Positions 1 through 12,200 of a stretch of DNA of 64,000 nt are shown in pieces. How positions within the stretch are numbered: the first letter of the stretch is position 1; each line of letters begins with the position of its first letter. Both the position numbers and the translations under genes were made by a program. Below the pieces are notes generated by a model that searched no databases, was not told where the DNA came from, and worked only from the letters and a program-made list of their open reading frames with translations. Source of the DNA: Eledone cirrhosa (taxonomy: Eukaryota); NCBI GenBank assembly GCA_964016885.1, contig OZ024764.1, positions 7,750,001 to 7,814,000 of the forward strand. The letters are read 5' to 3'.

Positions 1-349
1 TGGACCTGGGCAAACCGCAGTGGACAATCTAGATCCTACCTAGATAGGTTTTTGGTTAGGAGTAAAGAAGCGAGAATGGCTTGTGTAAATGGGCCTTCTC
101 TCTACATTGTTCTGTAGGTGAAGAAGTGAAGAGGAAAGGGGGAGCGCCTCCTCTCTGGGCTTCCCCCGCGAAAAGAGTTGCACACTTTTCGGGGGTATGT
201 GCAATCCCCAACACGCCCCCTCCCTTTTGAGGACTTTTTATTTTTATGTTATTCTCATTGTTATGCCTTTTTCTTGACTCGTATTTATGTAAACTCCCCC
301 CTGTGTATTTGTCCCTTTCTCTTGTGCCCTCGTGGCAAATAAATAGAAA
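1..349 (+). mobile_element. Tx1/L1-clade LINE 3' fragment (copy 1), ends at AATAAA followed by (TATC)n
   Basis: Similar to the 3' end of the element at 26836-32474 (gggccttctctcta...tgtaggt...tgtaaact..ccc..tgtatttgtccc..gtggcaaataaa). Confidence 0.8.
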
Positions 350-391
350 TCTATCTACCTATCTATATATCTATCTCTCTATCTATCTATC

Positions 392-931
392 TATCAAACC
401 GCCACCCTCCTTCAAAAACGAAGGAGAGGCGGTTTTCCTTTGTGTGATAGCTATGGCGAAAGAGGTTGTATGGTGGACAAGGTTGAAAGGGCTGAGGTCA
501 GACACCTTTCTCTCCGGCCAACAACTGATTCTTTTTTCAAATACCATTTTGGAAGAAGAGTCAGGATGGAGAGAGAGGTGCTGTACCCCAGGATGGAGAG
601 AGAGGTGCTGTACCCCAGCAAGTTTTATGAAAGGTGGGTGAAAGTGGCGAGAATGGCCCGAGTGAATGGGCCTTCTCTCTATATCAGCCTGTAGGTTGAG
701 GAAAAGGAGGAGGAGAGGAAAGGAGTACAAACTCTTCGTACTCCTGGAGATGAGGGTTGCACATTTTTTTTCGGGGGTATGTGTTACCCATATAAACTGT
801 CTCCCCCTATTGGGGAAAATCGACTAACTTTTAAATTCCATCTGTGATAACATTTTACACGTTTTTATTGTATGTAAACTTCCCCCTTTGTATTTGTCCC
901 CTTCTTTTGTGCCCCTGTGGCTAATAAAGAA
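392..931 (+). mobile_element. Tx1/L1-clade LINE 3' fragment (copy 2)
   Basis: Encodes IKPPPSFKNEGEAVFLCVIAMAKEVVWWTRLKGLRSDTFLSGQQL, near-identical to the ORF2 C-terminus at 27073-27387 (-). Ends aataaagaaa plus (TATC)n. Confidence 0.9.
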
Positions 932-987
932 ATATATCTATCTACCTATCTACATATCTATCTCTCTATCTATCTATCTACCTATCT

Positions 988-1740
988 GGCCTGGCAGTGC
1001 TACCAAGGAGCTCTACCAGTTCGAGACAAGCTCTACAGACATGGGCGCCCGGGCAGGGACCCTGCAAAAAAGATCTGTCCGAGGTGCGTGCGAGACGAAG
1101 AAACCGTCGCGCACGCATTCATACGCCGCCCGGGCGTCACCGACCTGTGGGGCTATGTAGAACGACTATTGTCACGGGTGGGACCAATCCGGTTGACCAC
1201 CGAGTCCATTGTCATGATCAAACCGCCACCCTCCTTTAAAAACGAAGGAGAGGCGGTTTTCCTTTGTGTGATAGCTAAGAGGTTGTATGGTGGACGAGGT
1301 TGAAAGGGCTGAGGTCAGACACCTTTCTCTCTGGCCAACAACTGATTCATTTTTTCAAATACCATTTTGGAAGAAGAGTCAGGATGGAGAGAGAGGTGCT
1401 GTACCCCAGGATGGAGAGAGAGGTGCTGTACCCCAGCAAGTTTTATAAAAGGTGGGTGAATGTGGCAAAGGTGGCCCGAGTGGTTGGGCCTTCTCTCTAT
1501 ATAAGCCTGTAGGTTGAGGAAAAAGAAGAGAGGAAGGGAGTACTCACTCTTGGTGCTCCTGGAGATGAGGGTTGTACATTTTTTCAGGGTGTGTACAACC
1601 CCTGTGTAACGCCTCCCCCCTATTGGGGATTTCAATTGTTATTTGTTGTTTTATTAATAGTTTTATTTTCATATACCTGTATGTAAACTCCCCATTTGTA
1701 TTTGTCCCCTTCTTTTGTGCCCTTGTGGCTAATAAAGAAA
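988..1740 (+). mobile_element. Tx1/L1-clade LINE 3' fragment (copy 3)
   Basis: Encodes LAWQCYQGALPVRDKL..CPRCVRDEETVAHAF (ORF2 C-terminal knuckle region). Ends aataaagaaa plus (TATC)n. Confidence 0.9.
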
Positions 1741-1784
1741 TTTATCTATCTCTCTATCTATCTATCTATCTACCTATCTATATA

Positions 1785-2698
1785 TCTATCTTTGAAGTTT
1801 ATCGTACTTTAAGTTTTAAAAAATCGATAATTTCCAGTCTGCATTGATTATTTATAAATCAATAGGACATTTGCATGCAAATGCTCAAATGAATGTTATT
1901 TTCTGCCATAACTTTTAAAGTTCTCAACCGATTTCCTTCAAAATTGAAACACAGATAAATTATGTGCTAAGGATGGCTTTAGGCTAAGAAAACATTATCC
2001 CAGCCAACTCGTGGAAGGCAAAAAGCTGCACAAACTTATTTTTCATTTGGTTTGTTTCTTCTGATATGAGCAACCAATTTGCTTTAAACTGTACAGGTGC
2101 ATTATTTATGTATCAATAAGGTGTTAAAAGTCCCCCCCGGGCACCTTAATAAAGCGAAAACACCGCAAATATCGAATGTCGCAAATGCTTTTTTCAAACA
2201 TCATAGATTCACCACTTACGTGCAGTGGATGGTCTTCTTCAGCGGGACAGAGGGCTGTACAACAATGGGATGGATAACAATTGAATTTGCCCTCCACGGG
2301 CCGAGTTTTACCTAGACAAACGGGTTTTATGGGAAATGCCGGTAATGCGGGAGTATTTTCCAAAAACGTATACCGGGCGGAACCCTTTGCAAATCGAATA
2401 GAAATCTTCAAAGGGCCACAGTTGACACGCGGACCGTAAAGATATTTAAAAATTACCTACCCACCTTAGGCTGTCATCTTTGCTGCTATCATGCGTATAT
2501 TTAAATGAATGGAACATCTTACAGAACGGATAGAAGACCTCTGAAGGTCACATTAACCAGTTGGCTGTGGTGTGGACATCCGCGACGATGGCCGTGTTTT
2601 CCTATAAGACTTAATTCAACCGACAGCTTCATCATGTGTTATTTCAGCACAAAAAATTGTATTACTTAAACCCTAGCAGCGCCGGGTACCTCAGCTAG
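1785..2698 (+). mobile_element. Probable non-autonomous Helitron
   Basis: 3' end reads ACCCtagcagcgccGGGT-acctcag-CTAG|T (hairpin, then CTAG, then T), typical of Helitrons. The 5' boundary within (TATC)n is approximate. Confidence 0.45.
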
Positions 2699-2844
2699 TA
2701 TATTTTTTTGTTTTTTTACATCTGTTCTTCCACGCTAGCATGGGTTAGACGGGTTGTCCTGTTGTGAGCAGTGTCCGGTCGGCTGACCTTGTCTTGCTCG
2801 TACGGGAACTGATTCTGGCTTGATTTCTACAGCTGGAAGCCCTT

Positions 2845-3031
2845 CCAATATAACAGAGATGTTGTCTAGTTCTGTGGAATACTCAGCCAATATAACAGAG
2901 ATGTTGTCTAGTTCTGTGGAATACTCAGCCAATATAACTGAGAGATAGTGTCTAGTTCTGTGGAATACTCAGCCAATATAACAGAGAGATAGTGTCTAGT
3001 TCTGTGGAATACTCAGCCAATATATCTGAGA
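2845..3031. repeat. 42-44 bp tandem repeat, ~4 copies
   Basis: Repeated ccaatataacagagat(a)gt(t)gtctagttctgtggaatactcag. Confidence 0.9.
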
Positions 3032-3152
3032 TTAAGACTAAAGTTTACCTGAACTTCCACCAGGAAATCTTTCATATCACTGTAATTTTCTTTGCTTCTT
3101 GCATGCATGTATATGTGTGTGTTTGTATGAGTGTGAGTGTGTAAATGTGTAT

Positions 3153-3594
3153 ATCATCATCATCATCACTGTTTTACATCCGTTCTTCCACGCTAGCATG
3201 GGTTAGACGGGTTGTCCTGTAGTGGGCAGTGTCCGGTCGGCTGACCTTGTCTTGCTCATACGGGAACTGATTCTGGCTTGATTTCTACAGCTGGATGCCC
3301 TTCCTAACACCAACCTCGTTTACAGTGAGTGCTGGGTGCTTTTTTTCCGTGGCGCCTACACGTCCACTTTACAGTGAGTGCTGGATGCTTTTTTGCCGTG
3401 GCACCTCCACGACCACTTTACAGTGGAATGATAGGGACCCCAATCCTATCATCTCATTTCTACAACTGAGTAAACTGGAGCAATGTGAAATAAAGTGTCT
3501 TGCTCAAGGAAACAACACATCACCCGGTCTGAGAATTGAACTCACAACATTTCGATTGCAAGCCCAATGCTCTAACCACTAAGCCATGTGCCTC
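3153..3594 (-). mobile_element. tRNA-derived SINE, long-tail variant
   Basis: Minus strand: A box TGGCTTAGTGG, B box GAGTTCAATTC, CORE-like CCTTGAGCAAGACACTT, RTE-derived tail and (ATG)n end. Many copies in the window. Confidence 0.85.
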
Positions 3595-3636
3595 TATATA
3601 TATATATATATAATAATTATTATTATTCTATTGCAG

Positions 3637-3858
3637 TGTAATTCGAAGAATGCAGCCCAGAAAGAGATGTACACTCTCGCCTTGAAGAACTACCCAGTCC
3701 CTGGGGAGAGTGGCTTCCCCCTCAATGCCATGTACACTAAGCCTGCCCCTGGGACCGAGGATGAGAACTTACGGTTATATCTTCAGCAACTGAGACAGGA
3801 AACTGGTCTAAGGATGTGCGATAAGGTCTTTGACCCACAAACGGACAAACCGAGCAAG
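3637..3858 (+). CDS. ARPC3: ARPC3 (Arp2/3 complex 21 kDa subunit), penultimate coding exon
   Basis: ttgcag|TGT...AAG|gtacca, 222 bp, phase 0. Encodes [36 protein letters not shown]...[27 protein letters not shown], recognisably p21-Arc. Upstream exons lie outside the window. Confidence 0.95.
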
Positions 3859-4326
3859 GTACCACTACTAAACTCCCTCCCCTTTTTTTTTTTTTTTTTT
3901 TTTATTATTTTGCAATTCAGTTCTTTTACTGGTTTCATTCATTAGACTGTGGCCATGCTGGGGCATTGGTTTCAGTCATTAGATTGTGGCCATGCTGGGG
4001 CATTGGTTTCAGTCACTAGACTGTGGCCATGCTGGAACATTGCCTTATTTTACTGGTTTCAGTCATTAGACTGTGGCCATGCTGGGGCACCACCTTGGGA
4101 GTTAGTTGATCACATTGACCCCAGTGCGCTGCATCAGAACACAGTTGTGTTAGAAAACCTTGACATTGACGTGTTGCAGTGCATTCAGATCAAGACGACA
4201 TGCAAAGTTTTGGACCAGTCTTTGATTATTTTGACGAAGTCTTTGATGCTGACCTGGGTCTTTTTCCAAAATCTGTTGCTGTTGTTCTTGAGGAAAGTTG
4301 TCTTCTTGCATTACATTACTGCTCAG

Positions 4327-5423
4327 AGTCTTGAGCAAGAATCTCACCTCTCTTGCGACAACTCTTCCTTTGCTGGGCTGTGTTGACCCTCATTCTGAGC
4401 AAGAATCTGGTCTCTTCTTTCTTGTTACAGCTCTTCCCTTGCTATGCTGTGTTGATCCTCACTCTGAGCAAGAATCTGGTCTCACCTCTCTTGAGACAAC
4501 TCTTCCTTTGCTGGGCTGTGTTGACCCTCATTCTGAGCAAGAAACTGGTCTCTTCTTTCTTGTTACAGCTCTTCCCTTGCTATGCTGTGTTGATCCTCAC
4601 TCTGAGCAAGAATCTGGTCTCACCTCTCTTGAGACAACTCTTCCTTTGCTGGGCTGTGTTGACCCTCATTCTGAGCAAGAAACTGGTCTCATCTCTCTTG
4701 AGACAGCTCTTCTCTTGCTATGCTGTGTTGATCCTCATTCTGAGGAAGAATCTGGTCTCATCTCTCTTGAGACAACCTTTCTCTTGCTGGGCTGTGTTGT
4801 TCCTCCTTCTGAGCAAGAATCTGGTCTCACCTCTCTTGAGACAGCTCTTCTCTTGCTATGCTTTGTTGATCCTCATTCTGAGCAAGAATCTGGTCTCACC
4901 TCTCTTGAGACAGCTCTTCTCTTGCTGGGTTGTGTTGATCCTCATTCTGAGCAAGAATCTGGTCTCAGCTCTTCTCTTGCTGGGCTGTGTTGATCCTCAT
5001 TCTGAGCAAGAATCTGGTCTCACCTCTCTTGAGACAGCTCTTCTCTTGCTGGGCTGTGTTGATCCTCATTCTGAGCAAGAATCTGGTCTCACCTCTCTTG
5101 AGACAGCTCTTCTCTTGCTGGGCTGTGTTGATCCTCATTCTGAGCAAGAATCTGGTCTCATCTCTCTTGAGACAGCTCTTCTCTTGCTGGGCTGTGTTGA
5201 TCCTCATTCTGAGCAAGAATCTGGTCTCACCTCTCTTGAGACAGCTCTTCTCTTGCTGGGCTGTGTTGAACCTCATTCTTAGCAAGAATCTGGTCTCACC
5301 TCTCTTGAGACAGCTCTTCTCTTGCTGGGCTGTGTTGATCCTCATTCTGAGCAAGAATCTGGTCTCATCTCTCTTGAGGCAAATCTTGCCTTGCAGCACA
5401 ATGTTGATCTTCATTCTGAGCAA
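4327..5423. repeat. 69-bp tandem repeat, ~16 copies, inside the ARPC3 last intron
   Basis: Unit gagcaagaatctggtctcacctctcttgagacagctcttctcttgctgggctgtgttgatcctcattct; 23-aa periodicity in the ORF track. Confidence 0.95.
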
Positions 5424-5830
5424 GTGTATATGTGTGTTTGTGTAAATTATATTTATATATAATATTTGTGTGTGTCTATTTAGAAAGATACATAGACAAT
5501 AGAATTAAAAACACACACGAATCTACACATATATATATAAACAGATACATTTAGAAAAAATAATTATTACATACACACGCGCATCTGTGATGACTGAGGA
5601 AGGAGGTGGAGTGAGAAACTATAGAAGCCCAGCGTTCTAAGATTCATTACAGCTGTGTGTGTGTGTATGTAGCGAATTGGCTACACACATTGGCTGTGTG
5701 TTTGTATGTTTGTATCACTTGTGTGAGTGAGCGTGAAGGAACCAACCAACCAACAAACATCTCTTTATTTATATTATGTATACATATTACAATTAGCCAT
5801 GATTTTTGACGGCACTGGGCCAGCTAGTAA

Positions 5831-8199
5831 TCTATACTATAATAAAGTAAGGAGTGCGGGACTGTGTCGTGTTTATATTTTTTTATCCCGTTAGTAAAAT
5901 AAGTTGGATTACTTTGAATAAATAATGAATGAATATTACATAATTTATCTACTAAATTTCGTAGCTGTTGATTAAACATAAATATTCTTATATATAATGA
6001 TTGCTTATTTTAACATTCACTTCTTTAAAATTTTCAAATGTCTACACTTTCAGTTAGCGTCCGTTATATCATAACAGTTATTACATCACTTATATAAACA
6101 TTTATATATTTGTATCGTTATATAAGGTTTATATTTCTGTTGCTACTTTTTTTCCTTTTTCATTTTCATAACATTTTAGTTTATCATATATGCAGTTTAT
6201 ATATAATATCGTCTTTTTAAAATGTATCATGGATTACTTTACTGATTACAGAAGAGAGTATAACACAGTCTCTCTTCAATTTCTGTGTATATTGTCAATT
6301 ACAATTTTGATGGCATACTTGCCATCACCGACGCTGATAAGAAGGTAGCTTGGAAGTGTCACTACGAAAGGCTTCTAAATGAGGAGAACAAATGGGAGAA
6401 AGACAGTCTCCCCCACATCGACCCAATAGAGGGACCAGCAGTGTTAGTCCAGGGTAGTACAATAAGCAAGGCAATCAAAGATATGAAGACGGGTAAGGCG
6501 GCTGGTCCTTCGGAAATAGTTGCTGAGATGCTGAAGGCATCTGGTTCGGTGGGACACACCATGGTCACCCGGATAGTTAACCAAGTCGTACAGAATGGGG
6601 TTGTTCCGAAGGACTGGCGTAGCAGCATCATCGTTAACTGCTATAAGGGAAAAGGAGATGCCCTAGATAGGAGTAACTATAGAGGCATTAAATTAATCGA
6701 CCAGGTCATGAATGTCACAGAAAAAGTAATAGCGCAACTAATCAGAGAGAGAATTGATCTAGATGAAATGCAGTTCGGATTTGTGTCAGGCAAAAGTACC
6801 ACAGACGCTCTTTTCATTGTACGACAACTACAGGAGAAGTACCTAGCTAAAAGTAAACCCCTATACTTAGCTTTCGTCGACTTGGAGAAAGCCTTCGACA
6901 GAGTCCCCCGTTCCATTATCTGGTGGTCTCTTAGAAAACTAGGTGTTGACGAATGGCTTGTGAGAGCTATACAAGCCATGTATAAAGAAACAGTCAGTAA
7001 GGTTCGAATTAACAACGAATATAGTGAAGAGTTTAGCGTAAAAGTTGGTGTCCATCAGGGCTCTGTTCTTAGCCCCCTACTATTTATTATTGCCCTTCAT
7101 GCTATAACAGAGGAGTTCAAGACCGGCTGCCCATGGGAACTCCTATACGCAGATGATCTAACGCTCATAGCTGAATCAATGACCGAACTAGAGAAGAAAT
7201 TCCAAACATGGAAGCACGGCCTAGAATCAAAAGGCCTTAAAATTAACCTGGCTAAGACTAAAGTTCTAGTTTGTAGGAAAGAAAATAAGGCGGCAGTCCC
7301 ATCTGGGAAATGGCCATGCTCAGTGTGTAGGAAAGGCGTAGGTAGAAACTCCATTTTATGTCCCAAATGCAAAGTATGGGTGCATAAAAGATGTAGTGGG
7401 ATCACAGGTAAGCTAACTAAGAACATAGATTTTACATGTGGCCGGTGCTCTGGTGCAATAAGTAGCAGCAAGTGCCCACAAAATACTAGCTCCTTCAACT
7501 GCGCAGAGGGTTCTATAGAAATAGTGGACAGCTTCCGTTACCTGGGTGACAAAATCAGCAGTGGGGGAGGGTGCTCTGAAAGTACAGTAGCTAGAGTCAG
7601 AACTGGATGGAAAAAGTTCAGAGAGCTTATACCACTATTAGCCGCTAGAGGGTTCTCCCTAAAAATGAAAGGCAGGTTATACGATGCCTGCATACGAACA
7701 GCAATGCTGCATGGCAGTGAGACCTGGGCATTGTGTGCAGAGGATATACGCAGACTAGAGAGGAACGAAGCTTGCATGCTCCGCTGGATGTGCAATAGTA
7801 ATATACGTGAACGGCAAAGCATAAACGAACTAAGGAAAAAATTAGAAATAAGAGGGATCAGATGTTGTTTACTCGAGAGAAGGCTACGTTGGTACGGTCA
7901 CGTGATGCGCATGAAAGACGACAGCTGTATAAGAAAGTGCAGGGCAATAAAGATAGACGGTAGCCACGGAGTAGGCAGACCCAGAAAAACATGGGACGAG
8001 CTGATAAATTCCGACCTCACACGCTTACACCTCTCCAAGACAATGTCACTGGACCGAGACCTTTGGCGGTACTCAGTAATAGAGAAGACCCGCCTTACCT
8101 AAATACAAAGTAAAAACCTACTACAGTCAGTAGGCATCTCTATCAAAACACCCCCCACATGCTAGCAGAAAACTACCTATAGGGTGGTTTTTCTGCTAG
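5831..8199 (+). mobile_element. Non-autonomous Helitron (A|TC...CTAG|T) interrupted by an RTE insertion at ~6312-8157
   Basis: 5' TCTATACTATAATAAAG; 3' hairpin ctagcagaaaac...gtttttctgctag. A second copy at 53280-53942 matches both flanks of the RTE. Confidence 0.75.
6312..8157 (+). mobile_element. 5'-truncated RTE-clade LINE with open RT ORF (stop at 8102) and an internal PHD-like finger
   Basis: Motifs NYRGIKL, QFGF..GKSTTDA, AFVDLEKAFD, GVHQGSVLSPLLF, LLYADD, FRYLG, and the RTE C-terminus RRLRWYGHV..GRPRKTW. Confidence 0.95.
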
Positions 8200-8426
8200 T
8201 ATCTATAATTGACTTCGAAGTAGTTACTGTGTCTACCAAATTCTACATTGGTTAAGCTGGAAAACTAGATGAATGGCTTCATGGCTTCTTAAAAGACAGA
8301 AGCCATTTTTTTTGCTCGTATATATAATTTGTAAAGTTACTTCCCCTTTCTCGTCTGTTTGCAGTGACAGTGAGGTTTGTGTGAGGGACATGCTATTATA
8401 TTTACTGTTATTCTCTCTATTTGCAG

Positions 8427-8489
8427 TGGTGGTTGTGTTTTGCAAAACGAAAGTTTATGGACAAGAGCCTAGCTGCTCCAGGTCACTAA
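8427..8489 (+). CDS. ARPC3: ARPC3 final coding exon (WWLCFAKRKFMDKSLAAPGH*)
   Basis: Polypyrimidine tract plus ttgcag|TGG. Continues PSK->WW in phase 0 and matches the ARPC3 C-terminus. Candidate AATAAA at 8959 and 9062. Confidence 0.95.
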   Translation, partial: WWLCFAKRKFMDKSLAAPGH

Positions 8490-8614
8490 GACCACGACAA
8501 CAACAACAGCAATAACAAAATATATGGTGGCCGATTCCTGGAATTCACATTAGATCGAAACTTCCTGAATAGATTTTTATAAAATGTATGTATGTATAAT
8601 TGCATGTATATATG

Positions 8615-8649
<35 letters not shown>

Positions 8650-8849
8650 ATATATATATATACACACACACATACACACACTGCCATTTACACAAATAGC
8701 ATAGAACATTGTAGAGAACTGCACACACACACACACACATTTATGTACATATAGACATATATATACATACACACATACATATATATATAGAGAGAGAAAG
8801 AGAGAGAGAGAGAGAGGCTGTATAGTTACTATTTAAGGTAGGCAGAAAG

Positions 8850-8904
<55 letters not shown>

Positions 8905-9259
8905 AACGTATATATACACAAACGTATACACCTGCAATTTTATAGACAGTCATTATACAATAAAATATTAAGGTAACTAAATCATTTTTAATTAACAACT
9001 TTAATAATAACTTAATTACAAATAACCAATAACTTAATTACAAATTACCAATTTAATTATTAATAAAATATCTGTTTGGATTTATAAAGATAGGTGTCAT
9101 TTTATTTCTTCTTATCTACAAATTATGTTCAAATAGTATGTGTAACAACAGTTTGTACGAAAAGTGGAAGCCATTACGCTCTCATTTTCCGTAAAGATGT
9201 CTGTATATTTGTTATTTATAGTTGTGTGTACGTGACTGGCAATGGTTCCCACATACCAC

Positions 9260-12200
9260 CCCACCTCCACCACATTCGGTATACATGTCCGACGCTGTAT
9301 GCTAACCACTTCCTCGTGAATATATCATAGAACAGACAAGGGGCGGACGGAGGCTCCATAAGCCGCAATGTAGGCAACCCGTCTAGGAGAGCTACCCTCC
9401 TCCCCGAATAAATTGGTGCGGGGTAGAGAAGTCCCCTGAGTCCAGTAAGACAACTTCCCTGGTGCTGGTGGCACGAATAAAAACATCCAGTCCATGCTGT
9501 AAAATGGAGGGGTAGATAGGGCCCCTGAGTCCAGTAAGAGGAACTCTCTAGTGCTGGTGGCACGAATAAAAACACCCAGTCCATGCTGTAAAATGGAGGG
9601 GTAGATAGGGCCCCTGAGTCCAGTAAGAGGAACTCTCTAGTGCTGGTGGCACGAATAAAAGCACCTAGTCCATGCTGTAAAATGGAGGGGTAGATAGGGC
9701 CCCTGAGTCCAGTAAGAGGAACTCTCTAGTGCTGGTGGCACGAATAAAAGCACCCAGTCCATGCTGTAAAATGGAGGGGTGGATAGGGCCCCTGAGTCCA
9801 GTAAGAGGAACTCTCTAGTGCTGATGGCACGAATAAAAGCACCTAGTCCATGCTGTAAAGTGGTGCTGGTGTTAGGAAGGGCATCCAACCAGTATAATGA
9901 AAGCCAAAATTATGAGCACAACAAATAAGAATTGCAACAACTGCGCCAACAGCAATAACACTAACCATGTTAGGGCTGCGCACAGTAGTGGGGTGGCAGG
10001 TGAGGCCATGTGCAAGAACCCCCTGACCGTCATCAAGCAATGCACAGCAAGAAAAAGAATGTGACGTCGCATCTCAGAGTTGCCACACTTAATGTTGGCA
10101 CTCTAACAGGTAGATCTGGTGAGATAGCGGAGATGCTGGAGAGAAGGCATGTGGATGTGTGCTGTGTGCAAGAGGTGAGATGGAGAGGTGCCTCTGCAAG
10201 ACTAATCGCAGGCAAACATCGTATTTATAAGCTTTTCTGGGTGGGTAATGATGATGAGTTAGGTGGGGTGGGCATATTACTGGCTGAGAGATGGATCAAT
10301 AAGACAATAGAGGTAGTTAGAGTTAATAATAGAATAATTAAGCTTAGATTAGTTGTAGGCAAGAGACTGCTGACAATCATCTCTGCCTATGCTCCCCAGG
10401 CAGGCCTAGGAAAAGAAGAGAAAGACGGCTTTTACAAACAGCCTCAATGATAGAGGACAGAGACATCGTTATGCTAGCAGGGGACTTCAATGGACATGTT
10501 GGACAGCTCTAGGATGGATACACTGGGGTACGTGGTGGGCACGGTTACGGCTCAAGAAATGAAGGAGTGAGGCTTCTTGAATTTTGTGATGAAAATGCAC
10601 TAAGCATTTTCAACACTAACTTCCAGAAGCCTACCAACCACCTAATAACCTACAAATCAGGCGAGCACATAAGCCAGATTGACTTCCTGCTAGTTAGACA
10701 GCGAGACAGATGGATGGTGTCAAATACTAAGGCTTACCCTGGGGAAGAATACCACACAGCATAGGTTAGTTGTTAGTGACATCTCAGTAAGCAAGAGACA
10801 GAATGAGACATACAGGAAGGTGTGGAAAAGAAAGGTCTGGAAGCTAAACGACCTTTCATTAAAATATAAATTTAGCAAAGCCCTTCAAGATGCATACGAC
10901 GAAAAAGAAGACGATTTAGAGTTGTATGACATAGATGATAACTGGAATTTCTTGCATGACAACTTACTGCAGGCTACTGAAGAAACTTGTGGTTGGGGCA
11001 GATCTTCAACCAGACAGAGAATGACCTGGTGGTGGAACAGCACGGGAGATAGGGCCATTAGAGACAAAAGACTGGCATGGAAAGCTTGGGAAAATGGTGG
11101 GAGTAGAGACGGATACACAGCCCCTAAGAGAGAAGCTAGACGTCAGGTGTACTTAGCACACAGAGAGGCTGAGAGTAGGAGGTTTGCCACTGTTCAGCAG
11201 CATGTGGTGTTCCGCATTGCAAGGCAGTGTGTCAATGCAAATCAGGATGTTGTTGGAGATAAGTGTGTCCGGAATGATGCCGGTGTACTTAGTGTCATGG
11301 ATGATCAAAAATAGGAGGCCTGGAAATGTACTTATGAGAGACTGATGAATGTAGAGAACGAATGTGACAGAGGAATTACCCCCAGTAGACTCGACAGAGG
11401 GACCAGCTATTGAGATTGACGAATATAGAGTACAAGAAGCAATTAAGGAAATGAAGAATGGTAAGGCTGCTGGGCCGTCGGGAATAGTTGCTGAGATGCT
11501 GAAGGCATCAGGAGACAAAGGCACTAAACTGATTGCACACATCATTAATCAAGCTATATATTTGGTGGTGTCATACCCAAAGACTGGTGCAGCAGTATTC
11601 TCATAAATTGCTACAAAGGTAAAGGGGATGCTCTAGAGAGGAGCAATTATAGGGGCATAAAGCTGATGGATCAGGTTATGAAAGTGGCAGAGAGAATATT
11701 AGTGTAACTGATTAGAGAAAGGATCAATTTAGATGAGATGCAGTTTCGTTTTGTGCCTGGGAAAAGTACAACATAGTGAGGTAACTACAAGAGAGGGTCT
11801 TAGAGAAGAATAAGCCACTATACTTAGCTTTTGTTGACCTAGAGAAGGATTTTGATAGGGTACCCCGATCTGTCATCTGGTGGTCCCTAAGGAAACTAGG
11901 TGTAGAGGAATGGCTTAAGTGCAAGCTATGTACAGGGGTGCTGTCAGTAAAGTGAGAATAGGAATGGAGTTTAGTGAGGAATTCCAGATACAAGTAGGGC
12001 TTCATCAGGGTTCAGTCCTCAGCCCTCTCTTGTTCATTATATTCCTCCAAGTCATAACAGGAGTTTAAGACTGGATGCCCATGGGAACTTCTCTATGCTG
12101 ATGATCTGGTTTTATAGCAGAATCAGTAAAGGAGCTAGAGAATAAATTCTGGCTATGGGAACAGCAGTTGGAATCAAGAGGCCTGAGAGTGAACATAGCT

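Noticed and set aside
3859-3945. ORF continuation after the ARPC3 exon ([12 protein letters not shown]...)
   Set aside because: Intron read-through; the true C-terminus is the exon at 8427-8489.
9285-9385. HDV-like ribozyme at the RTE 5' end (cacttcctcgtg...gcgg..ccgcaa)
   Set aside because: An L3-like TCCTCGT is present and RTEs are known to carry such ribozymes, but I could not build P1, P2 and P3 convincingly by eye.
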